A stretch of 64,000 bases of DNA from Octopus sinensis. Its lineage: Eukaryota. The stretch's first letter is position 1; each line of letters begins with the position of its first letter. The stretch lies in assembly GCF_006345805.1 (NCBI RefSeq), contig NC_042998.1, positions 174,034,001 to 174,098,000 on the forward strand. Reading direction: 5' to 3'. Below the pieces are notes generated by a model that was not told the origin of the DNA, ran no database searches, and saw only the letters and a list, made by a program, of their open reading frames with translations. Below are positions 13,160-24,345 of the stretch, piece after piece. A program made the position numbers and the translations under genes.

Positions 13160-15114
13160 TGTCATAATAAAAATGGATTTTTTTCCGATGTGATGCCTGA
13201 AACATGTTCTGGAACGGATTACTATTTTGGAGGATTTCTTCTTTCAAATTTTAGTGTTATTAGATTTGTTTAAAAATGTTATAAGTGGTATATTTCAGTC
13301 AAAACAAAATATTGAAGAGAACAAGTAGAATCAGAAAAGGCTAAGGACATAAATATTAGTAAATCTTTCATCCCCTCTCCAACGAAAGTTTCTGCATGAC
13401 TCCCCATATGGCAATATAATCTATATAAACCGATTCACTTTGCAAAGTTTTACGATGGAAATGATGCTACATCATATACGATATTTCACTAGAAAAGTAT
13501 CGAAAGTAATTAAAGTTCAATCTTCTTTAAAACATTAGCCTTCAGTTGTATAAACCGACATAACAAATAACAGTATAATAGAGAAATTTAATCGTACAAA
13601 GATCATGAATAAGCACAGTCGTTCTTGATATTGTTTAGGTTTAATCTTTGGTTACAGTTGATCGAGCAGATCTACACTAGTAAGTGTTGTTGGCAACCTT
13701 CGGTACCCTATTTCTTTTTTACTAAACACGGTGTACCTTAGGGTCTATATAATGTGTCATTCTTAACTTACGTTGTGATTTTAGAGAGATTTTTGTCTGC
13801 TAATTCTAGCTTGTCGTACGATCGTACAGAAGTTCCTTCGTTGTTCTAATCAATATTACATTATTTCAGCATAAGGCACTCTCTTCTGAAATGCCTTACC
13901 AGTAAATAGACAGGTTAACTGACACAGAGAGGCAGAGAAATAGAGAGGGAAATAAAGAGATTTGACTAAGGACTGTAATACGACGCAAAATCATGATCGA
14001 GTTTGCCTTATCAGTCTTTCAGAACGACCATGTAGAGATAACTACAACGCAGGAAATTGCATATAAGGAGGTAATTGAATTTTAAGAAAACAATAACGAG
14101 TTTAAGAAATTAATTTTAAATGTAAAAAGAATGTGATATAAAAACAAACACGGTGTAAAGAAGATTAAAAAATACACACGATTATATACACACATACACA
14201 CACACACATAAGATTGATTAGAAAACGATTAACACGCCATTATTAAAAGTATGTCTCCTAGCTTTCATTTAATGAGTTGGTTACGTGCGATAATTGTTAA
14301 ATAACTTGATGGTTGAGATGTCTTATAATTTGACTGTTTTGTCAGGTTTTAATGTTTTACATTCATAACATTTAAACATTTTATAACGAATCGCTTCTCG
14401 AGTTCATTTAGGTGATTTTTATTTTCAAAATGATGCTCAAAACGCAACAAGCTATGGGAAACGCAGCTTTTGCCCTGCTTATTTCATGTTTCTGATGTTT
14501 AATCTGAGGTTAGTTTTGTATCAAGTGCGTTCCACTAGTTATGATTTTCTCTTTGCTTATATCAGTGACTAAATTGTCCGGTTTTTTTTCCTTTATTTAT
14601 AAGACGGCATGGCGTGATTTGAGGGTTGCTATTTTTATTGGGCTAAATGACAAGATAGACGCTCACTAATTGGCTCGTTTAATATCAGTGAGGAAAATGT
14701 ATTTGGCAAGATTGAATCAATTAAAAAGGACAGGGGAAATTCGAAAGCTTATTAATAAATTCCTGTTGTCTCTAATAGTCCAGTGGTCAATAATTGAATT
14801 CCTATAACCAATATTGATTGAATATGGCGGGTTTGTGTTTCCCCATTGTTTTCTGGAGCCTTGTACTTTCAATCCTCTTTCTAATAGGAGTGGTCATTTC
14901 ACCTATGTTTCTCAAGATTTTACAGTACACACTTGTGCTCAATCTCTCAGTTTTAAATAATAATTATCAGAAACTTTTAGAAAACTAGAATATCAACACA
15001 TAATTTTGCTCTTGAAACATTTAGAGTTTTAACTAAGCTGTAGTGTCATGTGTCTCATTAATTCAGGTGTGTTCAATTAATAATCAATAAAACTCGCACA
15101 TACACACAAACACA

Positions 15115-15158
<44 letters not shown>

Positions 15159-15436
15159 CACACACACACTGAATGTGCGTGGAATTTATAAATATAAATT
15201 GATGACTCTGAAATCTTATACGTTTACGAGATTGTCGAGACATCATATACAGACTTTTATGACAATTTATAACTCTATGCAATGAAATACATTTACTAAT
15301 GACAGTGTAAGATATATAAAATTTGCTTACATTAGATTGAATTAATAATTATCTAACCAGCTAGTAAATATATGATTAGTTTTGGTTAATACATTGTCGA
15401 TGAAAAGTAGCACAGGCTAATCTTAATGCATAAAAG

Positions 15437-15478
<42 letters not shown>

Positions 15479-15568
15479 CTAATAATAATAATAATATAAT
15501 AATAATAATAATAAGAAGAAGAAGAAGAAGAAGAAAGAAGAAGAAGAAGAAGAAGAAGAAGAAGAAGA

Positions 15569-16131
15569 ATTATAATGCCCTGATGCAGTACCAGGCTGTG
15601 GCTCTCATGGCTTTTCATCTTAAGTGATTTGAATTGTCAGCTTGTATATCGTTTTGTCTTGGTATAAAAGATGGGCTACAGTAAATATTCTGCTCAATAA
15701 CATAGATTTGCTTGTCAGTTGCTTGACCATAACCAGTTGAGCATATTACTTTGTGGCTGTTGATATGTGCATCTCTGATCACGAGCAGAAGTAGTGGGGG
15801 AGCATCATAGCGATGTGTTGAGAGGCATTCTTTGGGGTTTAAATAATTCAAATCTGAAAACATGGGTGTTTCGTTCAACATCCTTAAACAACTCTTATTC
15901 AGGGAATTTTTGAGCGGGATGGGTTACTCGACCAGAATAATATTCTAACTGGGCCCCACCTGCAAGGTCATGTGCTGATTATCTTGATATGAGATCACCA
16001 TGTCGCGTACATATGGTTGTGATGCATGTGCCTGGTGTACCCTTATCAGACGGGTAGTCATGATGGGTATACTGGGCTTCGTATATTTTACCCCAGTGTC
16101 ACTTTGATGGCATGCACTGCTCCCTCACTCA
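15569..16131 (+). mobile_element. non-coding ~560 bp interspersed element between (GAA)n and (AAT)n tracts, copy 1; second copy about 17444-18006
   Basis: Higher-complexity block with sharp microsatellite boundaries, no protein homology recognised, internal hairpin 16030-16077; orientation inferred from the (AAT)n tail. Confidence 0.55.
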
Positions 16132-16163
16132 ATGATAATAATAATAATAATAATAATAATATC

Positions 16164-16194
<31 letters not shown>

Positions 16195-16200
16195 TAGTAA

Positions 16201-16236
<36 letters not shown>

Positions 16237-16260
16237 AAGCAGCAGCAGCAGCAGCAGCAG

Positions 16261-16319
<59 letters not shown>

Positions 16320-16356
16320 ATAATTATTATTATAAATAAATAAATAAATAAATAAT

Positions 16357-17370
16357 GGTGTACTGGAGTGCGTTAACCGTGAAAGAAGAAACATAGCAGA
16401 ATATTTGGTAAACAACAGACAAAACCTGCTACAGTATGTTGCTAGTGCAGAAGGATTTAATAATAATGGACCTGTGAATGCTCATGAATTTCGAACACCA
16501 GCAGCCAACGAGAGAGAAAAAAAAACCTACTCCGCATGGAATTATATAGTCAGTTCCACCGTGAAACCAAAAACTTAAAAAAACTAGGAAACATTATCGA
16601 GGTGGCTTAACAAGGGTGACCTAAAAAAAGACTACTGAAAGCCTAATCATCGCTGTCCAAAATCAGGCGTTGAATACAAACTGAGTGAAAAAGTATATAT
16701 ACCAGAATGCGTGGAAAGAGGATCGAAGGCGTGACTCACATTGTTAGTGCCTGTGAAAGTCTTGCGCAGAAAGAGTACAAGCGTAGACACGACAAGGTAG
16801 CCCAAAAACTCCAGTGGCAACTATGTCGTAAGTATGGAAATGAAGTAACGGATGATGGGTACCAAAATACGCCGAAAAAGGTAATGGACGAAAAGGGGAA
16901 GGCAAAATCCTCTGGGACTTTGACTTCCGACAGACAACGTATTAGAACACTAAATGCCAGATATAGTAACCTTTAGGAGGGACAAACAAGAGTGCCTAAC
17001 AATTGGTGCAGCAGTGCCAGGAGGTCAACATATCATGAAAGAAAGATAAAAGGTTGATAAATACGGAGACCTGAGAAGTGAAATCACTAAGATGTAGTAG
17101 CTACGAGAGTCAAACATAGAGATTATCCCTATTGTCATTGGAGCATTGGGTTCAATACCATCGAATCTGAAAAAATATCTGAAAACTTTAGAAATACCCT
17201 ACAATTTAGGGTGTATTACAAAAGTTGGTATTACTTCGAACAGCACGTATATTGCATAAAGTGCTGTCAGTCTGAGAGCCTTGGTATCACTTGACAAACA
17301 GTAGAAACCCCCGGTAGACACAATGTCTTCAATCAAAAGCCCCATGATATTGTTTACTGTACGACGTCTA
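16357..17370 (+). mobile_element. R4/Dong-type LINE 3' fragment (family B), copy 1
   Basis: HIVSACESLAQKEYKRRHDKVAQKLQWQLC, KYGDLRSEI, IIPIVIGALG; ends in (AAT)n. Confidence 0.85.
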
Positions 17371-18039
17371 TAATAATAATAATAATATAAGAAGAAGAAG
17401 AAGAAGAGAAGAAGAAGAAGAAGAAGAAAGAAGAAGAAGAAGAATTATAATGCCCTGATGCAGTACCAGGCTGTGGCTCTCATGGCTTTTCATCTTAAGT
17501 GATTTGAATTGTCAGCTTGTATATCGTTTTGTCTTGGTATAAAAGATGGGCTACAGTAAATATTCTGCTCAATAACATAGATTTGCTTGTCAGTTGCTTG
17601 ACCATAACCAGTTGAGCATATTACTTTGTGGCTGTTGATATGTGCATCTCTGATCACGAGCAGAAGTAGTGGGGGAGCATCATAGCGATGTGTTGAGAGG
17701 CATTCTTTGGGGTTTAAATAATTCAAATCTGAAAACATGGGTGTTTCGTTCAACATCCTTAAACAACTCTTATTCAGGGAATTTTTGAGCGGGATGGGTT
17801 ACTCGACCAGAATAATATTCTAACTGGGCCCCACCTGCAAGGTCATGTGCTGATTATCTTGATATGAGATCACCATGTCGCGTACATATGGTTGTGATGC
17901 ATGTGCCTGGTGTACCCTTATCAGACGGGTAGTCATGATGGGTATACTGGGCTTCGTATATTTTACCCCAGTGTCACTTTGATGGCATGCACTGCTCCCT
18001 CACTCAATGATAATAATAATAATAATAATAATAATAATC

Positions 18040-18070
<31 letters not shown>

Positions 18071-18076
18071 TAGTAA

Positions 18077-18109
<33 letters not shown>

Positions 18110-18136
18110 AAGCAGCAGCAGCAGCAGCAGCAGCAG

Positions 18137-18204
<68 letters not shown>

Positions 18205-18241
18205 ATAATTATTATTATAAATAAATAAATAAATAAATAAT

Positions 18242-19255
18242 GGTGTACTGGAGTGCGTTAACCGTGAAAGAAGAAACATAGCAGAATATTTGGTAAACAA
18301 CAGACAAAACCTGCTACAGTATGTTGCTAGTGCAGAAGGATTTAATAATAATGGACCTGTGAATGCTCATGAATTTCGAACACCAGCAGCCAACGAGAGA
18401 GAAAAAAAAACCTACTCCGCATGGAATTATATAGTCAGTTCCACCGTGAAACCAAAAACTTAAAAAAACTAGGAAACATTATCGAGGTGGCTTAACAAGG
18501 GTGACCTAAAAAAAGACTACTGAAAGCCTAATCATCGCTGTCCAAAATCAGGCGTTGAATACAAACTGAGTGAAAAAGTATATATACCAGAATGCGTGGA
18601 AGAGGATCGAAGGCGTGACTCACATTGTTAGTGCCTGTGAAAGTCTTGCGCAGAAAGAGTACAAGCGTAGACACGACAAGGTAGCCCAAAAACTCCAGTG
18701 GCAACTATGTCGTAAGTATGGAAATGAAGTAACGGATGATGGGTACCAAAATACGCCGAAAAAGGTAATGGACGAAAAGGGGAAGGCAAAATCCTCTGGG
18801 ACTTTGACTTCCGACAGACAACGTATTAGAACACTAAATGCCAGATATAGTAACCTTTAGGAGGGACAAACAAGAGTGCCTAACAATTGGTGCAGCAGTG
18901 CCAGGAGGTCAACATATCATGAAAGAAAGATAAAAGGTTGATAAATACGGAGACCTGAGAAGTGAAATCACTAAGATGTAGTAGCTACGAGAGTCAAACA
19001 TAGAGATTATCCCTATTGTCATTGGAGCATTGGGTTCAATACCATCGAATCTGAAAAAATATCTGAAAACTTTAGAAATACCCTACAATTTAGGGTGTAT
19101 TACAAAAGTTGGTATTACTTCGAACAGCACGTATATTGCATAAAGTGCTGTCAGTCTGAGAGCCTTGGTATCACTTGACAAACAGTAGAAACCCCCGGTA
19201 GACACAATGTCTTCAATCAAAAGCCCCATGATATTGTTTACTGTACGACGTCTAT
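18242..19255 (+). mobile_element. R4/Dong-type LINE 3' fragment (family B), copy 2 (part of the tandem duplication)
   Basis: Essentially identical to 16357-17370. Confidence 0.85.
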
Positions 19256-19272
19256 AATAATAATAATAATAA

Positions 19273-19303
<31 letters not shown>

Positions 19304-19702
19304 AAGAAGAAGAAGAAGAAGAAGAAGAAGAAGAAGAAGAAGAAGAAGAAGAAGAAGAAGAAGAAGAAGAAGAAGAAGAAGAAGAAGAAGAAGAAGAAGA
19401 AGAAGAAGAAGAAGAAAGGTCACAGATATAATGTAAAATGCAAAACAATGTACAAGTATGAAACACGTTTTGGGCAACTTCTGTTTCAAAGGAAATTAGC
19501 TAATATCGTCAGAACGAAATGCATTTTCATAAGTATATATGTTGACATATTTTTCAATGCAAATGTCAAAGAATATTTCTTTCCTTCTCAATTAATTAAA
19601 AATGGTACTAACGAGATTTTCAAATTGGAAACATAAAATATTAAAAATATAATATTTTTCACCCAAATGTTATTAATATTTTTTATCATGTTTTCTCCTT
19701 TC

Positions 19703-20110
19703 TCTTCACTCTTTTACTCTTTTATTTGTTTCAGTCATTTGACTGTGGCCATGCTGGAGCACCGCCTTTAGTCGAGCAAATCGACCCCAGGACTTATTCT
19801 TTGTAAGCCTAGTACTTGTTTTATCGGTCTCTTTTGCCGAACCGCTAAGTTACGGGGACGTAAACACAACAGCATCGGTTGTCAAGCGATGTTGGGGGGA
19901 CAAACACAGACACACAAACATATACACAAGCATATATATATACATATATACGACGGGCTTCTTTCAGTTTCATCTACCAATCCACTCACAAGGCTTTCGT
20001 CGGCCCGAGGCTATAGTAGAAGACAGTTGCCCAAGGTGCCACGCAGTGGGACTGAACCCGGAACCATGTGGTTCGTAAGCAAGCTACTTACCACACAGCC
20101 ACTCCTACGC
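19703..20110 (-). mobile_element. SINE family 1, full length
   Basis: Minus-strand head ggagtggctgtgtggtaag...gttccgggttcagtccc; matches 47805-48242. Confidence 0.9.
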
Positions 20111-20300
20111 TTGTGTACTTTACTTCTGTATACTTTACTTCTATGTACTTTACTCCAATTTTCTCAATTCAATGTTCACGTTTTAATTTTATTTATATTT
20201 TCATAATTCGGTGGACTCATTTTATTTTCAGGATTTCTTCTATATTTTCGTTGAACTTTATAAATTCTATCTTTATTTATTTCTATATTTATAGTAATAA

Positions 20301-20772
20301 GAAAAGGTCACAGAAAACGAGAAAGCAACCATACTCTAGGATATGCCAATACAATCAGACACAGAAATTAAGGCCAATAGGCCAGATATGAAGAAAAAAT
20401 GCTTTCTAATTGATGCATCAATACCAGTAGATGACAACTTTTCTCTAAAAGAAATGGAGAAACTTTCAAAATACGAAGACCTGGAAATAGAGGTAACTCG
20501 AATGCGGAATCTAAAAAGAGAAACGATTCTTATCTTAGTGGGCGAATTAGGTATGATAAAAAATATTCAGATAAAGGCATAACAAAAACACCGGGACATA
20601 CCGGGACATACAAATATACAGAAAATTGCACTACTGGGTACAGTACACATCCTAAGCAAAACACTTTCAATACAGTTACCATAAGAGCATCACAGCAAAC
20701 TACAGCACATACCCAAGGCACACAGAGCTGCGCTCGGTAGTGAAGTGAAAGCACGTTATAAAAATAAAACTA

Positions 20773-20777
<5 letters not shown>
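20301..20777 (+). mobile_element. R4/Dong-type LINE 3' end (family A)
   Basis: IKANRPD..KKCFLIDASIP..EKLSKYEDLEIEV; 3'UTR cacatacccaaggcacacagagctgcgctcggtagtgaag then (AAT)n; same family as the 56.5-60.1 kb copies. Confidence 0.9.
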
Positions 20778-20816
<39 letters not shown>

Positions 20817-20868
20817 CAACAACAATAATAATAACAATAATAACAACAACAACAATAACAACAACAAC

Positions 20869-20909
<41 letters not shown>

Positions 20910-21099
20910 CAATAATAATAATACGTAGAACAAATGGGCTGCAATAAGGGTGGAGCACTTGCATAAAACAGCACTGCTTGTCGGCCTTTCCTTAATTTCT
21001 ATAAGGTCAAGGTCACTGATCGCTGCTAGTAGTAGTAGACTCTTTTTGACCAATCGGACCCATCCCACTTCAAAAACATGAAAAAAAATTGCATGAGCT

Positions 21100-21134
21100 G
21101 CACCTACTACTACTACTACTACTACTACTACTAA

Positions 21135-21172
<38 letters not shown>

Positions 21173-21505
21173 TTGCTGCTACTACTGTTGTTGCTGTCCC
21201 TACTACTACTATTACTACCACTGCTGCTGTTGCTGCTACTACTGTTGTTGCTCTCCCTACTACTACTATTACTACCACTGCTGCTGTTGCTGCTACTACT
21301 GGTGCTGCCACCACCGCTACTGATGTCACTACTACTACTGTTACTACTGCTACTGCTGCCACTACCACTATTACTGCTATTGCTGCTGCTGCTGCTGCAA
21401 CTTTACTACTGCTATTGCCACTGCCGCTGCTGCTGCTGCTGCTGACAGTGATATTGCTGCTGCTGCTGCTGCTGCTACAACTACTGGTCCTGCTGCTGCT
21501 AATGA
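21100..21505. repeat. compound (CTA/CTG)n trinucleotide tract with an internal ~57 bp higher-order repeat
   Basis: ctgctgctgttgctgctactactgttgttgct(g/c)tccctactactactattactacca occurs twice and a third unit begins. Confidence 0.85.
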
Positions 21506-21649
21506 TTATAAATGCGGTCACTGTATGAAGATTAGTGGTTAAAAAATAAATAAATAAATAAATAAATAAATAAATAGATAAAAATATTTTTTTTTAAATG
21601 AAGATTTAACAATAAGTTAACTTTACTTGAAAAGGAAAGAACATTTCAA

Positions 21650-24210
21650 ACAGTACACCGATTCGCTTGTCCAATTGTTATTCCGGAAGCGCGCCTGTCA
21701 GGAGGCTGTCAGCCTGACGGCGAAAAATTTTCAAATGGCAGAATATCCCTCCTAGAATATAAACTTGGAAGGCCACTTAAACGAGATTTGTCCCAAATTA
21801 ATACCCTAAAGTTCACCACCACAACGACCAAAAAGTCAAAAATGTATAAGAACTACATGGAATCGGGAAGAATATAAAGAAGTAATATACGCTTATTACT
21901 TTGCATTAAGTAAGCCAACCAAAGAGAAACACACTGCAAACTCCTACAGAAAAAGGAGGAGCCGGAATCCAGATAGCAGACCAAACCTGGATGAAAACAG
22001 ATTAGCAAATTTTAGAAGAGATATCTTCAGAAATACCAGATTCACAGATGTAGAATTAACTTCTATTAAAAAAGTGGTAGAGAATGACCCACATATAAGT
22101 CAGGAAAGAAACAACGAAACAGAGGAGACGAATGTTGGACCACAAGCATTGACTGAAAGGCGACCATCTGCCGAAACCACTCAAGAGCCTGAAGAAAAAG
22201 GAAAATATAATGACCCTAGGAAAAACAGCCCAGAAAATGATGTCGAAACAGAATTTGAAGACCACATATTTGCTGAACACAGAAAATCTATCATTAAAGT
22301 GAAGCAGGAAGTTCTGAATGAGCTTACAGTTGTAGGGCATAAAGTATGAATGATAGGAAACTATTCCATAAACTCTCAAATGCACAGCAACATAAAACAC
22401 AAATAAAAATTGACAACTGCGTTACACAAGAATTCATACAACAACTAAAACCCGATCGTAATAAGTTAAATGAAATTAGTTACTCTGTTGCTAAGGTAAT
22501 CGAAATACGATGTTTGACACCCAAAAAGCCAACAATAAAAAGAAAATCAAACCGGAGGAGTAAAATTGAAACTGAGATTAAATCATTGCGAAGGGAGATA
22601 TCAGTATTAACTGAGCTACCTCTGGAAATAGTGTAAGATCAAGAAAAGACAGGAAGATTGTAAGAAAATATGGATTCTCAACAAGAGAACTAATGTCAGC
22701 GAAAGAAACACTTAAACAAAGAGTTCAAGCAAAAGCTCAGAGAATACGCAGATTTGAGAAAAGAATCAAATGCTACAAACAAAATAAGATGTTCAAATCC
22801 AATGCCAAATCATTTTACAAGGAAATAGGGAAAGAAAAAATAACCATTGAAAATCCACCCTAATGGTAGAAGTTGAAATCTTTTGGAAAGGGATCTGGAG
22901 TGATGAGAAACTATACAATGGAAATGCGGACTGGATCAAACGCACCCAAGATGCCTACAAAAATCTACAAGAACAGGTATGGGAAGACATCTCAATCGCC
23001 GATCTAAGGAGGCCACTAACGAAGGCTCATAAGTGGAAATCCCTTGGTATTGATAGAGAACCAAATTTCTGGCTCTCATCACTCTCGTCCGCACTCAAAA
23101 TGTTAGAAATACTATTTAATAGTTTTTTAGTATTAATAAAATGAAGGCTACAAGCTGGCAGAATCGTTAGAACACCGGGCGAAATGCTTAGCGGTATTTC
23201 GTCTGCCGTTACGTTCTGAGTTCAATTTCCGCCGAGGTCGACTTTGACTTTTATCCTTTCGGGATCGATAAATTAAGTACCAGTTATGCACCGGGGTCGA
23301 TGTGAGCGACTTAATCCCTTTGTCTGTCCTTGTTTGTCCCCTCTATGTTTAGCCCCTTGTGGTCAATAAAGAAATAAGTAATACTATTTAATAGTATTAT
23401 CCGGAAAACTCCCCATTGGATGGCAAATGGTATTACTTACCTCCTCCCTAAAAATAACAAACCTAAAGACCCAAAAAACTACCGGCATATAACATGTTTG
23501 TCTACTACCTATAAGGTTTTGACATCTATTCTAGTGGAGAAAACATATACGTTTATGGAAGAGAATAACCTCTTTCCCGCTGAACCAAAAGGATGCAGAC
23601 GAAGCTCATACGGATGCAAAGATCAGCTCCTAATTAATCTCATGATCCTTGAGAACTGCTATAACAAGCGCAGAAATCTCAGCTCTTCGTGGATTGATTA
23701 TAAAGATGGCTTTGACAGCGTACCACATTCGTAGATTCTGAAGTTGCTGGACATTCTAAAAGTTTCTCCTGTGATTTCAGATTTTTTAAAGTATAATATG
23801 TCACTATGGAACACGAAGCTCCAATCATATCATTGTAATAGAGTATTGCTCTCAAACAATATTAGCATAAACTGTGGCATTTTCCAAGGTGACTCACTTT
23901 CACCACTAATTTTCTGCATAGCACTAATACCACTCTCAAGTGAACTGCATAGAACTGGGTATGGCTACAAAATTGACAACAAGAAAATAAGCCATCTATT
24001 TTATATGGATGATTTAAAACTATATGGCAAAGATGATGAAGAGCTTGAAGGACTACTGCATACTGTGAAAGGATTCAGTGATGATATCTGGATGGAGTTT
24101 GGCCTTGAAAAGTGTGTCAAAGCCACTTTTAAGAAAGGGAAATTGGTACAGTCAAGTTCAATCGAATTAGACGTCGAAACAGTAATAAAGGAATTTGAGC
24201 AGGAACAAAG
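21650..24210 (+). mobile_element. R4/Dong-type LINE, 5' portion through RT, degenerate and 3'-truncated
   Basis: N-terminal WNREEYKEVIYAYY...NRLANFRR; RT motifs PKNYRHITCLST, WIDYKDGFDSVPH, GIFQGDSLSPLIF, HLFYMDDLKLY, MEFGLEKC; many stops and frameshifts. Confidence 0.9.
23142..23378 (+). mobile_element. SINE family 2 inserted in the R4/Dong RT, with a 16-bp TSD
   Basis: aatactatttaatagt at 23108-23123 and 23380-23395 flanks the insert. Confidence 0.9.
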
Positions 24211-24345
24211 CAGGTGCTTATTTTATCGGCCTCGAAAGTATAAAACGCAAAGTCGACGTCGACGGATTTTTAACTCAGAACGTAAAAGTGAACAAAATGC
24301 TGCTAAGCATTTTACCCAGGGTACTAAAGATTCTACTAGGTTGCT
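24211..24345 (-). mobile_element. diverged SINE family 2 fragment at the truncation point of the LINE
   Basis: ttttatcggcctcgaaag...aaagtcgac...aactcagaacgtaa matches the reverse complement of family 2. Confidence 0.7.

Larger units (their letters stand above)
15450..19270. repeat. near-identical ~1.88 kb tandem duplication (about 15450-17370 and 17370-19270)
   Basis: Identical ORFs 15615-15881 and 17490-17756 (offset 1875); visible differences are microsatellite lengths and a 1-bp indel (gtggaaagag vs gtggaagag). Confidence 0.95.

Noticed and set aside
15450-19270. Repeat-spacer-like alternation suggestive of an array or CRISPR
   Set aside because: Eukaryotic microsatellites and duplicated TE fragments; no constant repeat with unique spacers and no cas genes.
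20925-21090. Possible further R4/Dong tail (IRVEHLHKTALL)
   Set aside because: Too short and rearranged to delimit; not listed as a feature.
20700-21521. 273-aa Ala/Val/Ser-rich ORF resembling a membrane or antifreeze protein
   Set aside because: Entirely trinucleotide repeat plus TE tails.
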